A stretch of 63,847 nucleotides of DNA, filler included. It is 4 parts of 4 records of this genome, joined end to end, with 100 filler letters (N's around TTAATTAATTAA, not from the genome) between each part and the next. Parts side by side here need not be neighbours in the genome. Positions count along the whole stretch, not along the records: positions 1 to 29,622 come from DRR723986_3476; positions 29,723 to 39,705 come from DRR723986_3480; 2 more parts are not named here. One strand, written 5' to 3'. The notes under the pieces are model-generated. The model was given only the letters and a program-made list of their open reading frames with translations, was not told the origin of the DNA and made no database searches. Positions 20,054-29,723 of the stretch are shown in pieces. Every line of letters starts with the position of its first letter. Position 1 is the stretch's first letter. The position numbers were made by a program, and so were the translations under genes.

Positions 20054-21502
20054 ATGGCCAGCTATGCGAAGTACCTCATCAACGCCAATCTGATCGGCGG
20101 AGATTGGCTCTCTCCAGCTGAGGATCAATCGATCCTCGTCACAAACCCGGCCACCGGGGAAGAACTCGGCCGCGTGCCGGCCTTCGGTGCGGCCGAAACG
20201 ACTGCGGCAATCAATGCGGCGGCTGAAGCCTTTCCTGGATATTCCTCGCTGGATCTGGCCAAGCGCGTGAAGTTGCTGCGTGATCTGCATGACGCCTTGA
20301 TGGACAATCAGGAGCCTTTGGCGGCGTTGCTGACGGCGGAGCAGGGAAAACCCCTGGCAGAATCGCGCGGGGAGATTGCCATCGGCGCGGCCTATATTCT
20401 GTGGTTCGCTGAGGAGGTTCGCCGCACCAAGGGCGAGGTCGTTCCTTCCCCCGTCAACGGGCGCCAGCTTCTGGTGACGCATCACCCTGTCGGTGTCGTT
20501 GCAGCCATCACGCCCTGGAATTTTCCGTCCTCAATGCTTGCTCGCAAACTGGGTCCGGCACTCGCCGCAGGATGCACTACGGTCGTGAAACCCGCATCGC
20601 TGACCCCCTATTCCGCGCTTGCCTGGGGTAAACTTGCCGAAGAGGTCGGTTACCCGGCGGGCGTCATCAACATTGTCACCGGGTCTGCCCGGCAGATCGG
20701 CGGTGCAATCATGACCGACCCGCGTGTGCGCAAGGTCACTTTCACCGGTTCGACCGAAGTCGGAAAAGAACTGATCCGGCAATCCGCCGATACCGTGAAG
20801 AAAGTGTCGATGGAACTTGGCGGCAACGCTCCGTTTATCGTTTTTGATGACGCTGATCTCGACAAGGCCGTTCAAGGGGCGATGATCGCAAAGTACCGCA
20901 ACTCGGGGCAAACCTGTGTATGCGCCAATCGTTTCTACGTTCAGTCGGGCATACATGATGCATTTGTCAAACGGCTGACCGAGGCAACCGAGGCCCTGAA
21001 GGTTGGCGCAGGAGCCGAGGCGGGCGTTGAACAAGGCCCGCTGGTGGATCAGTCTGCATTCGACAAGGTCAAGGAGCTGATTGACGACGCCGTTTCAAAC
21101 GGTGCGACCGTCGAGACGGGCGGGAAGGGACATGCCCTTGGTGGAACATGGTTCGAACCGACGGTCCTCTCCGGCATCAAGACGAGGATGAGCATCGCCC
21201 GTGAGGAGATCTTCGGGCCGGTATCTGCAATTTTCCGCTTCGATACGGAAGAAGAGGTGGTTGCAGCTGCCAACGACACGGACTTCGGCCTCGCCGCTTA
21301 TGTCTATACCCGGGACCTCGGCCGCACTTTCCGCATGAGCGAAAAGCTGCAGTATGGGCTGATTGGCGTCAATGAAGGCTTGATTACGACGGTCGAAGCA
21401 CCTTTCGGCGGATTGAAGTCCAGCGGCCTTAGCAAGGAAGGTGGCAGCCAGGGCATCCTGGATTACTTCGACACGAAATACACCTGCGTTGGTGGAATTT
21501 GA
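20054..21502 (+). CDS. SSADH-family NAD(P)-dependent aldehyde dehydrogenase, probable 3-sulfolactaldehyde dehydrogenase
   Basis: ITPWNFP, FTGSTEVG, MELGGNAP, NSGQTCVC and EEIFGP motifs. The SLA dehydrogenase role is inferred from context. Confidence 0.85.
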   Translation: MASYAKYLINANLIGGDWLSPAEDQSILVTNPATGEELGRVPAFGAAETTAAINAAAEAFPGYSSLDLAKRVKLLRDLHDALMDNQEPLAALLTAEQGKPLAESRGEIAIGAAYILWFAEEVRRTKGEVVPSPVNGRQLLVTHHPVGVVAAITPWNFPSSMLARKLGPALAAGCTTVVKPASLTPYSALAWGKLAEEVGYPAGVINIVTGSARQIGGAIMTDPRVRKVTFTGSTEVGKELIRQSADTVKKVSMELGGNAPFIVFDDADLDKAVQGAMIAKYRNSGQTCVCANRFYVQSGIHDAFVKRLTEATEALKVGAGAEAGVEQGPLVDQSAFDKVKELIDDAVSNGATVETGGKGHALGGTWFEPTVLSGIKTRMSIAREEIFGPVSAIFRFDTEEEVVAAANDTDFGLAAYVYTRDLGRTFRMSEKLQYGLIGVNEGLITTVEAPFGGLKSSGLSKEGGSQGILDYFDTKYTCVGGI

Positions 21503-21560
21503 GCCGAAGGGCGTTGAGACCAATTGATGGTTAGTGTGCATTTTTTGAATGTGAATACCT

Positions 21561-21583
21561 TCCCCTGGCCGACTGCCAGGGGA
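21561..21583 (+). terminator. Stem-loop downstream of the aldehyde dehydrogenase
   Basis: TCCCCTGGC-N5-GCCAGGGGA inverted repeat. Confidence 0.5.
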
Positions 21584-21756
21584 TTGATGTTGAGACCTTC
21601 TCTATAGTTTCGATCTTAGCCAGTTCACACTTCAAGCGGAGAGGAGGCGTCTCTCAGACAATGTGTCTGCACCAGCTCGCCGAACCACTTCCGGTGCAGC
21701 CGCGGTTGATGAAACGCCAGCTTAGCTTGCGGGACAGCCACAGGCCTCCTCGATCA

Positions 21757-21917
21757 TCCACAAGCCGCTCCTTTTCCTCTTGCGACCATCGCCGGCGACG
21801 CTCCACCGACGTGATCACCTCAATATGCTGCTTGGTCATAGGACTATTCCTAGTGTTACCACTAGGACTGGCAGTCTTCAGTCTTTGCCGGCAAGGCGGT
21901 CTTCACCGGAGGGAGAC
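21757..21917 (-). mobile_element. IS66-family remnant (terminal region plus 5' end of tnpA)
   Basis: MTKQHIEVITSVERRRRWSQEEKERLV is a typical IS66 TnpA N-terminus; upstream GTCTCCCTCCGGTGAAGACCGCC resembles an IS66 end. The ORF then diverges. Confidence 0.65.
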
Positions 21918-22003
21918 ATCTTGGCCAGGATCTGGTCCGTCCCAACTCAAAAGCAGAGGCACCTTCAAAGTCGGAAAACAAGAGAGTTTTTCAACGAAAT
22001 AGG
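21918..22003 (+). mobile_element. Possible IS1182/IS5-type right-end remnant
   Basis: LARIWSVP-like transposase C-terminal tail followed by GAGTTTTTCAACGAAATAGG, resembling the ends of this IS group (recalled, not searched). Confidence 0.4.
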
Positions 22004-22239
22004 CGGAAAGCGGGCATTCGCTGCGGTCAATGCAAATGACCGGAATGGGCCGACAGGAGACTATCGATTAAGAGGCCAAAATAGTGGGATAGCTGCGGTT
22101 CGCACGGTATCTGATTAACTGCGGCTTCCAGATTCATAGCGCCTGTCCTCGAAAGATTGGGATGGAGGCGCATTTCTGGGTGGCGGCATTGCTGCCTTTG
22201 TCCTGCTCAGCGAATGGGTGCCATAGTCCTCCCGCCGCA

Positions 22240-22530
22240 GACTGATCGAGCCATGCTAACAGGCTTGCTCTGACGTCAGCAGATATCTCGAACTGGGGCG
22301 GCCCGTCTTCTTTCGAACCACCACTGTGCTTATACGGATCGCAGCTCCACCGACCGTCGTTCCGATCTTCAACGTTACTAGATCGAAACCTCGCAGTTTG
22401 CTGTCGATTGCAAGTTCGCACAGCACCCGGTTGCGCGTCCGTCCTTCCCGATCGAGGAAAAAGCGGATCGCCCAGATCTGGCGTTGCCTGAGAGGCTTCT
22501 TAACTCCAACGATTCGACCAGCATTCCATA
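22240..22530 (-). pseudogene. Small tyrosine recombinase, frameshifted and truncated
   Basis: Stitched minus-strand frames read WNAGRIVGVKKPLRQRQIWAIRFFLDREGR..ELAIDSKLRGFDLV..KKTGRP / QFEISADVRASLLAWL. The catalytic HxxR/Y half is absent. Confidence 0.75.
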
Positions 22531-23057
22531 CTCCTTAGGCCAATATTGGCCGTCCGGAAGATATGCGAGCATGGTGAGCCAATGGGATCGACTGCAGGCT
22601 CTAGGGTTTTATTTTCAAAACCAGCGATGGTTTGAGCTTGAAATGTCTTAGCCACTTCAGAAAGAGCCCTGACATTTATTTATTCCCGTCAGGCGAAATG
22701 TACCCGTCTTTGGGTGGCGCCAATATGGTTGATCGGATTCTCGATATTCGTATACCCAACAAAAATTTGCACTGCTCGAATGCTGCGTCTGCTATGAAAA
22801 TGACCGACGATTTATCCGATGCAACGACCACTTGCCATATTCTTCTTGTGTCGACCTTATTGCGGAATCACGCCCACCAGCCAGTCTTGAAAACTGTCCT
22901 GTACGCATCGGCGTGGAGCAACATGGTCCTTGATCGAGCCTTCAGAAGGTTCCATCCAGGGGAGACGTCTGTCGAGTGCGTCCGCTACAGATTCCGTTTT
23001 GACAGGAACGCCCACCTGTTTTGGTCGTCAATGTTGACACGCTGATTACCGAAGAAG

Positions 23058-23969
23058 TCAGGTGTCGATCTGCCATGCGGTCAATCCCGGCTGACTTCCC
23101 AATCCACGTTGCCGGGGATGAGGCCTGGTTTCAAGGGATTGCAGCAAAGCGGCCTCGTCCTCATTGTCGGCCAGCTCCAGGCTCCAGACACGAAAGCCGG
23201 TAAGCTCATAGGCACCGAAAGACGTTATCATTGCGACGTCTGCCGCATCGTGCCCCCTGACCATCAGAACTCGTCCGGCTCTTGGCACATTGTAGCGAGC
23301 ATCGAATGTGTACCATTTGCCGTCCAGATAAACTTCGAACCACGCGCAGAAATCATCGAAGCCCGTGTCGGCGACGCCTATGTCCCCCAGATAACCACTG
23401 ACATAGCGAGCCGGAATTCCCATTGCCCGGCACAGGCTTATCGCCAGTTGGGCAAAATCCCGGCAAACGCCGGTTTTTTCCTTCAATACGTTCGCGGCTG
23501 TTTTATCCGGCCGGCCATATTCGTAGCCAAAGGAAACATGGCTGTGAACGAAATCACAGATCGCCTGAACTCTCGACCATCCCTCCTTCGTCCGCCCGAA
23601 TTTCTTCCAGGCAAAATCCCCCATCAGGTCTGAGTCGCAGTAACGGCTTGCGAAAAGGTAGGTCAATGTTTCGTTGGGCAGGTCCTGCAGGGCGATTTGC
23701 GATGCGGCAAGTTGAACTTCATCCGGCTGACCGTCCACTTCGACGATGCAGTCGGACCAGAATGTGGAGATACCTGCAGGCGCGGTCAGCCGGGTAATGC
23801 GATTGCCATAGCCGTCAGTGTATTCCCGGATATCGGGAATGTCGATGTTCCGTACGCGATCGGAGCCGATCATTCTGCTGGCAAAATCGCTATGAACACT
23901 CAAGGCCAAAAGCATTGGTACAGGCGCCGGGCACGTGACGGTAATCTCAAACCCTATTCGAATGAGCAT
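23058..23969 (-). CDS. Transglutaminase-like family protein
   Basis: SRYCDSD, GVCRDFAQL (catalytic Cys), PARYVSGYLGD, DFCAWFEVYL and FDAR motifs; the usual His is replaced (DFCAW). Confidence 0.88.
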   Translation of the reverse strand: MLIRIGFEITVTCPAPVPMLLALSVHSDFASRMIGSDRVRNIDIPDIREYTDGYGNRITRLTAPAGISTFWSDCIVEVDGQPDEVQLAASQIALQDLPNETLTYLFASRYCDSDLMGDFAWKKFGRTKEGWSRVQAICDFVHSHVSFGYEYGRPDKTAANVLKEKTGVCRDFAQLAISLCRAMGIPARYVSGYLGDIGVADTGFDDFCAWFEVYLDGKWYTFDARYNVPRAGRVLMVRGHDAADVAMITSFGAYELTGFRVWSLELADNEDEAALLQSLETRPHPRQRGLGSQPGLTAWQIDT

Positions 23970-24067
23970 GTCGTTCTTCCTTGTGCGCGAGTGAAATAAG
24001 GTCCAGGCTGCAGCGCTTTCCGAGCCAGGAACAACCAACAACGGCATGCGGTGGCGACAAGGTTTAG

Positions 24068-24964
24068 ATGACAACCGCTATTCGCATCCTTCACACTACA
24101 CGATATCGCTATAGCCGGCCGGTAAAGTTTGGTGTTCACAGGCTTTTGCTGCGCCCCAGAGACGGCCATGATTTGCGACTGCTCTCGTCTGCAATTGCAA
24201 TTTCTCCCGCACCCAAGCTGAGTTGGCACTTCGACACGTTTGGCAATTCGGTCGCTACCGCGGAGTTTTCCGAGGCCTCTAGCAGACTTGAATTCCGCAG
24301 TGAATTGCTGATCCGGCGGTTTTCCCACGATGATTTCGTTGCCTCTCCGGGGCGAAGTAGAAGCGCCTATCCATTCACGTACCCAACGGAAGATCTTATA
24401 GACCTCGCGCCGTTCATATCGCTTGAGAACCCGGAAGAGTGTCCGGTACTCGATGCGTGGCTGGCGGCTGAAATCGGTTCCGGTCCGGATGAGGTCCTCG
24501 ACTTTTTGCGTTTGTTGTCAGAAACGGTCAACCACAATGTGACTTATGTTCGACGGGAACGTAGCGGCACGCAGAGTGCAGGAACAACTCTGAAGAAAGG
24601 AACCGGCAGTTGCCGCGATTTTGCTTTCCTATTTATGGAAGCGGCGCGCCGTTCTGGCTTCGCAGCCCGCTTTGTCACGGGTTATCTAAACAATGTCCTG
24701 GATGACGGACACGTGCACTCTGGCGGCGGGGCAACCCATGCATGGGCGGAGGTATATCTGCCTAGCGAAGGTTGGGTCGAGTTCGATCCCACCAATCGCA
24801 TCATCGGCAGCCCAAACCTCATCCGGGTTGCCGTTACCCGGACACCTCGACAGGCAATCCCTATCAGCGGAACATACGACCCGCGTCCCGGAGCGGTCTT
24901 TTACGGAATGGATGTTGAGGTCAAGACGAGTATCGAGCCCTATGATCCAAGGAATTCCGGCTAG
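24068..24964 (+). CDS. Transglutaminase-like family protein (Bact_transglu_N plus core)
   Basis: HTTRYRY..LRPR N-domain, GSCRDFA, ARFVTGY, THAWAEVYLP and GWVEFDPTN (complete Cys-His-Asp triad). Confidence 0.92.
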   Translation: MTTAIRILHTTRYRYSRPVKFGVHRLLLRPRDGHDLRLLSSAIAISPAPKLSWHFDTFGNSVATAEFSEASSRLEFRSELLIRRFSHDDFVASPGRSRSAYPFTYPTEDLIDLAPFISLENPEECPVLDAWLAAEIGSGPDEVLDFLRLLSETVNHNVTYVRRERSGTQSAGTTLKKGTGSCRDFAFLFMEAARRSGFAARFVTGYLNNVLDDGHVHSGGGATHAWAEVYLPSEGWVEFDPTNRIIGSPNLIRVAVTRTPRQAIPISGTYDPRPGAVFYGMDVEVKTSIEPYDPRNSG

Positions 24965-25601
24965 GACACAGCTGATCAAGAAAAGCAGATCTTACGCTTA
25001 GTGAGACAGCCTGTTCCTCTCCTCGGCATCGCCTAATCTACATCACAAGACCTGCAAATACATAGGAAGCACAAGCTGAAAGTTGCCGACGAATAGTCTT
25101 CTGACCGCAAAGCCAGCACCCAGGGCAATCATGGTTCATTAAAAATAACCCTCCACCGACACGTAAATGATCATCGCAAAGCTCAAAAATGCCAAACACG
25201 TCGTGGCGACGTCGGGTCCCAAGCGTTTTTGGAAAGTAGATCTGTTGAACGTCATTCTGCCCTCGATGTTGGGGCGAAGTATGATGGCTTCGGTCGGCAA
25301 TGCCCTAAAAATTGCTGCCGCTGCTGTATTATATAGGAATATTTTTTGTATTTGCTAATTTTATTTTGAATGAAATTGAATTACATTATGGTTTTTCAAT
25401 ATTAAGTATTGCATTTTTTAAGAAAAATACTGGCATAACATAACGATGTAGATTTTTATTTCATATAAAACCTTCTAAATTTTGGTAATTCAAGCTCAAT
25501 GCATAACAATGCAATTGCATTCTCTAAATTCAAAAAGTGCTACATAGAGGGTGACATTCGTTGACGACAAGCATGGAAGGTCCCACAAAGTTTGCCCTCT
25601 G

Positions 25602-25838
25602 CTAGACGCTCCGAACCGAGTTTCCTCCGGCGATGATACGCCTTATCAAGCTCACAACCGCCTGGTGCGCTTTTCTTTCGGCTTCTGTACCCAGGGCATT
25701 CTCGTGAGCGGCTGCGGCATCATGCAGGACGCCTACAATCTCGTGTTCGGGGAGAAGTTTATGATCGCTCAAGGCAAGCAGAAGTGCTTCGCAGATCGAA
25801 AGAGCGGCCATTCCCGAATAGTCTGCGTGGTCAGACAT
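25602..25838 (-). CDS. Conserved small hypothetical protein
   Basis: AALSICEALLLAL..GGNSVR pattern; AGGA RBS; divergent from the Crp/Fnr gene. Confidence 0.65.
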   Translation of the reverse strand: MSDHADYSGMAALSICEALLLALSDHKLLPEHEIVGVLHDAAAAHENALGTEAERKAHQAVVSLIRRIIAGGNSVRSV

Positions 25839-25990
25839 TGCAGTTTTCCTTTGTCGGAATTGAATTCCAAAATAGGCTTGAGGCCTCATGAAATTACCAT
25901 TGTCGCAGGAAGTGCCCTAAGCTGGACTGATCGAAAGCAGTCTCAGCACAGACCATTGCAAGAAATCACTACCGGTCCGGTAGGTGCCAC

Positions 25991-26725
25991 TTGAACGACA
26001 TCCAAGATAGTCCCTTTACCCGCAAGTTGGCCGGATACGTCACGTTGTCACCGGTTGAGCTCGAGGTTTTGGAACAATTGCATAAACGTCGCCGGTCTTT
26101 TGCAGCGGGGCGAGACCTCGTGCAGCAAGGTCAATCGGAGCAGGCAGCCTACATTCTTTCAGAGGGTTGGGTCTGCTCCTATAAGATTCAGCAGGATGGG
26201 ACGCGCCAGATCATAGACTTCCAGATCCCAGGTGATTTTCTAGGCTTGCGCAGTGTGCTCTTGCGCACTTCCGACCATAGCTTTGAACCGGTAACCAACA
26301 TCCAGGCTGTCGAGGTTCTGGCAGGCGATTTGTTTCAAGCATTCTCGCAAACGCCTCGCCTGGCAAACGCCATCCTGTGGGCTGCGTCGCGAGATGAGGC
26401 AATGGTGGTTGAGCATCTGGTGAATATCGGTCGTCGCGACGCAGGTGCACGCCTTGCGCATTTTCTGCTTGAACTCGGCGCCAGATTGGCTCTGGTCGGC
26501 ATGGGGAGCAGGGCAGGTTTCGACTGTCCTTTGACGCAGTATCATCTTGCCGACGCACTGGGACTAAGCGCAATCCATGTCAATCGTGTCCTACGACAAT
26601 TGCGCGAAGATAGATTGCTCACATTTAGAAACGGTCACGTGACGTTCGATAATCGGCTTCGTCTCGTCGAAATAGCAGAGTTCGACGAGGCATATCTCGA
26701 CCACGAAGGTCCATTGTTAAAATAG
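25991..26725 (+). CDS. Crp/Fnr-family transcriptional regulator
   Basis: cNMP-binding fold (GTRQIIDFQIPGDFLG) and HTH PLTQYHLADALGLSAIHVNRVLRQL. Confidence 0.92.
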   Translation: MNDIQDSPFTRKLAGYVTLSPVELEVLEQLHKRRRSFAAGRDLVQQGQSEQAAYILSEGWVCSYKIQQDGTRQIIDFQIPGDFLGLRSVLLRTSDHSFEPVTNIQAVEVLAGDLFQAFSQTPRLANAILWAASRDEAMVVEHLVNIGRRDAGARLAHFLLELGARLALVGMGSRAGFDCPLTQYHLADALGLSAIHVNRVLRQLREDRLLTFRNGHVTFDNRLRLVEIAEFDEAYLDHEGPLLK

Positions 26726-27099
26726 CTACGAGATAAAACAAAACCGGCAGCTACTTGATCTCTTCCAATCTGTCGCGCGTTGCTTGTGATTTTGCTAAAT
26801 CTCTCCTTTAGCCCAGCTTTCGGCTGACAATCGAGATCTGCCAAGCCGACGGGAACCTGACTGCAAACAGTTGGTTCACGCGCATAACAGACCGGCATGC
26901 AAAAATTGCCGAAAAAAGCAGCGCTAACAGCTAGCGGACACGAAGGCATAAAAGGTTTCAGGCTAACTTGGATCAGCGCGCGTCATCGAAGCGCCGTGTA
27001 AAGTTATCAGCAAGATCGGGTCTAAGGGTACATCCCCCCTGAAAAGACTACGATTTCGATTTTGCAACGCAGTTATCAAACAGATCGGCAGCAACCAAG

Positions 27100-27360
27100 A
27101 TGAACATGCGATCAACAAGGTCGACGGTGACTTTCTGCCATCCTTTCACACTAAAGGGCCGTTCAGAAATTCTACCAGCCGGCGCCTACGAGGTGCTGGT
27201 CGAGGAGGAGGAACTGCAAGGAGTGAGCTTTCTGGCCTACAGAAAGACGGCAACTTATTTGATCGTCATGAGACGGGGCAAGACCGAGATGCGTGAAATC
27301 TCCGGCGAAGATTTGGCAGCCGTACTCAGTCTGGATCAACTTGCATTTCAAGACAATTAA
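27100..27360 (+). CDS. Hypothetical protein
   Basis: Clean ORF (VTFxHPF..LPAGAYEV..EEE..SFLAYR) in an apparent operon. Confidence 0.7.
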   Translation: MNMRSTRSTVTFCHPFTLKGRSEILPAGAYEVLVEEEELQGVSFLAYRKTATYLIVMRRGKTEMREISGEDLAAVLSLDQLAFQDN

Positions 27361-27398
27361 CGAAGCGAAGCGGACGTTTCTCCGCAGGAGGACCTGAA

Positions 27399-27752
27399 AT
27401 GAATACTCCCGAATGGCTGAAACCTGTAACGCTTGGCGTATTGATCGGAGCCGTTGCAGTGAGCGCGGTAGGATTTTCCTGGGGTGGTTGGGTAACGGGT
27501 GGAAATGCAACAAAAATGGCGAACACGCAGTCACGAGACGAAGTGATTGCAGCGCTGGTACCGGTTTGCATCGACCTATCCCACACCGACACAGAACGTG
27601 TAGCAAAGCTGGAAAAGATCCGTGAAACCGCTGCGTACCAGCGCTGGAATGCACTCATGGAAACTGGGTGGGCGATAGTTCCTGGTTCGGACAGCTCAGA
27701 CCGAGATTTGGCGAAAGCCTGCCTGGATGCACTCGAACTCGACAAGTCATGA
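27399..27752 (+). CDS. Hypothetical membrane-anchored protein
   Basis: AGGAGG RBS, N-terminal TM, GFSWGGWVTGG, two Cys. Confidence 0.75.
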   Translation: MNTPEWLKPVTLGVLIGAVAVSAVGFSWGGWVTGGNATKMANTQSRDEVIAALVPVCIDLSHTDTERVAKLEKIRETAAYQRWNALMETGWAIVPGSDSSDRDLAKACLDALELDKS

Positions 27753-27767
27753 TCGGGAGAGCACATC

Positions 27768-27977
27768 ATGTCAGAAAACAAACCTGGTTCGGCGTCCGCA
27801 GAGGATCTCCAACTTCACAATCATGCCGCAGTGGATACCGTTGCTTTCTATGTGAAGGAAGGCCCGACACTCAGGGACTTTTTTCGTCACAAACCGCGAA
27901 ATAGCCGAAGGGAGACTTTTGCGATCCAGGCAGCGGAAAATGAAGGCATGCAGATCATGTTGGACGAACCGGAATAA
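27768..27977 (+). CDS. Hypothetical protein
   Basis: GGAG RBS; C-terminal AENEGM motif. Confidence 0.5.
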   Translation: MSENKPGSASAEDLQLHNHAAVDTVAFYVKEGPTLRDFFRHKPRNSRRETFAIQAAENEGMQIMLDEPE

Positions 27978-28164
27978 CAACGAAGCCCTGCGGCTTATCT
28001 TGGCTGAAATTGATCAAATAACTAGGGAGAAAGCGTTTCTCGGGGTCAGGCGGGCGATACGAACTTCTGATAATCCACCTTACAGAACGAGAGCATTTCG
28101 TCCCGGTCAGCTGGCGCGTATGCAATTCTCAGGAAAGAATTGCCATGGCACTGGAAAACAACGG

Positions 28165-28255
28165 CACTCCCGGTTCGGGCCTATGGGTGGGTTGAGATTT
28201 TCGTGCCAGGAGCAGGCTGGATTTCATTCAATCCCACCAACAGGGCTTTCGGGTC
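28165..28255 (+). pseudogene. Transglutaminase core fragment
   Basis: GWVEIFVPGAGWISFNPTNR parallels AWAEVYLPSEGWVEFDPTNR of 24068-24964. Confidence 0.6.
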
Positions 28256-28737
28256 GCCTCGGAGAATCTATCCTGCTTGGCTTGGCCCCTCTCAATCGAA
28301 AGCCGATCGAAGGCCTCTATACAAATGCCATTTCTCTGGTTGCGGAAGTCATCGAGGATAAGACAAAGCCATTCACGCTCTGTGGAGAGATCGTTCAGTC
28401 GGCATTCGGCACACCGCCGGCCGATGAACGTGACGGAAAAGCGTTGCGGACTATACTGGCCTTGGGTCGTCAGGACATCGACTCTTGTGGTTTGACTGCT
28501 GCGCCGGAAATTAAGGTTCTTGGGGCAAGCGGCGACCATCTGATACTGGACACCGGAAAGCATGGGGCGACCGTGGGTTCCGAGATAACCTTCAGGCTCA
28601 ACTACAGTGCATTGCTGCGCGCCATGACGTCTCCATTCATCGCGAAGACCCACACCTTGCCCACAAAACGCGGAGCATTTGCGACCTGGATAGTTCACAC
28701 GCCACAGTCATCGGAGGAGCTGCACCAATGGCATTGA
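28255..28737 (+). pseudogene. Alanine/ornithine racemase-family PLP enzyme, C-terminal fragment
   Basis: RLGESILLG, LVAEVIE.K.KP, ALGRQD, LGASGDHL and YSALLRAMTSP motifs; the N-terminal PLP-Lys barrel is missing. Confidence 0.75.
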
Positions 28738-28994
28738 CATTTCCCAATCATAGCCGAAGTTACGATCCAGGGAAGCAATCCATACGCTTCACAGGATACG
28801 ATGGTGTATTCGAAATCTCGGTTTTCGTTGAGGTCGCTATTCTCCAGGCGATGACAAAAGAGCGGCTTTCCGAAGAGATACACTATCTGGCAGCATTCGA
28901 TGGCCTGCGAGCTGCAATCGAGCGGCATACCAGCAAGACTTATTCGCGCAGACGCAGGGCCACGGTCGTGCTCACGAAAGCCGATATCAAGTAG
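28728..28994 (+). CDS. DUF1488-family protein
   Basis: LTFPNHSRSYD..IRFTGYDG.FEISVFVE pattern; GGAGG RBS. Confidence 0.78.
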   Translation: MALTFPNHSRSYDPGKQSIRFTGYDGVFEISVFVEVAILQAMTKERLSEEIHYLAAFDGLRAAIERHTSKTYSRRRRATVVLTKADIK

Positions 28995-29138
28995 GCGTCC
29001 CTTTGCCCGGGATCCGGCACAGGTCGTCAGACGCAACCGGAAATCTCGCACTACAACATTCCGCCAATTTCAGTGGGAAAGAGCCATACCCATCGAATGG
29101 TTCGAACAAACTCGGCTCACTCAACAGGAGAAGATTAT

Positions 29139-29279
29139 ATGGCCAAAGGGCAAAAACGCGGAAATCGCGAAATAAGGAAACCTAAGAAGGTGCAAACGAA
29201 AACAGAAACGCCACAACCAGCGACACCAGCCCTGACCAGGGGTGTTTCGGCAACTGTCGCAGGTAACAAGAAAAAGTGA
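29139..29279 (+). CDS. Small basic hypothetical protein
   Basis: AGGAG RBS; MAKGQKRGNREIRKPKK. Confidence 0.65.
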   Translation: MAKGQKRGNREIRKPKKVQTKTETPQPATPALTRGVSATVAGNKKK

Positions 29280-29426
29280 CTTTGGCGTGATCGAGGAAAG
29301 ATGCTGGCCTGCAAAATACCGCGAAATTTTTCGTGCTTGAGCAAGCTGAAGCTCTTTGCTTACAGAGACGGGATGGCGAACAGAGTTAGAATTCCCGCGT
29401 CCGCTTCGCCTGCACACCGACGCATG

Positions 29427-29622
29427 TCAGTTCGGATGTGCGTCTTCTAAGGGGTAAAATGGGACCATGAACCGGAAAGACTCGGCCAGCACCACTTTGC
29501 GCGTGGTAGTGATGTCTGGTTCGCCCTCGTCCATTTCCTCGAAAGCTGCGCCAATCGCCACACTAGTGTGGTCGCACGGGTACAGGTTGAAGAGCGTGCG
29601 CGGGCGCCAGCCTTTCATCGGA
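29427..29622 (-). CDS. Partial CDS (3' end), unidentified
   Basis: Open frame running to the contig edge with GC-rich codon usage. Confidence 0.4.
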
Positions 29623-29722
29623 NNNNNNNNNNNNNNNNNNNNNNNNNNNNNNNNNNNNNNNNNNNNTTAATTAATTAANNNNNNNNNNNNNNNNNNNNNN
29701 NNNNNNNNNNNNNNNNNNNNNN
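29623..29722. other. Artificial contig spacer
   Basis: N44-TTAATTAATTAA-N44 (stops in all six frames). Confidence 0.98.
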
Positions 29723-29723
29723 C

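Noticed and set aside
22632-23045. 137-aa plus-strand ORF
   Set aside because: No motif or RBS, and atypical composition.
27919-28737. 272-aa ORF as an intact gene
   Set aside because: Only the C-terminal part is racemase-like; the N-terminal part is read-through of unrelated remnants.
29363-29395. CAGAGACGGGATGGCGAACAGAGTTAGAATTC as a degenerate tRNA-derived att site
   Set aside because: Only loosely resembles a reverse-complemented tRNA 3' end (no TTCGAA) and there is no second copy in the window.
29667-29678. TTAATTAATTAA palindrome repeated three times in the window
   Set aside because: Artificial linker inside N runs, not biological.
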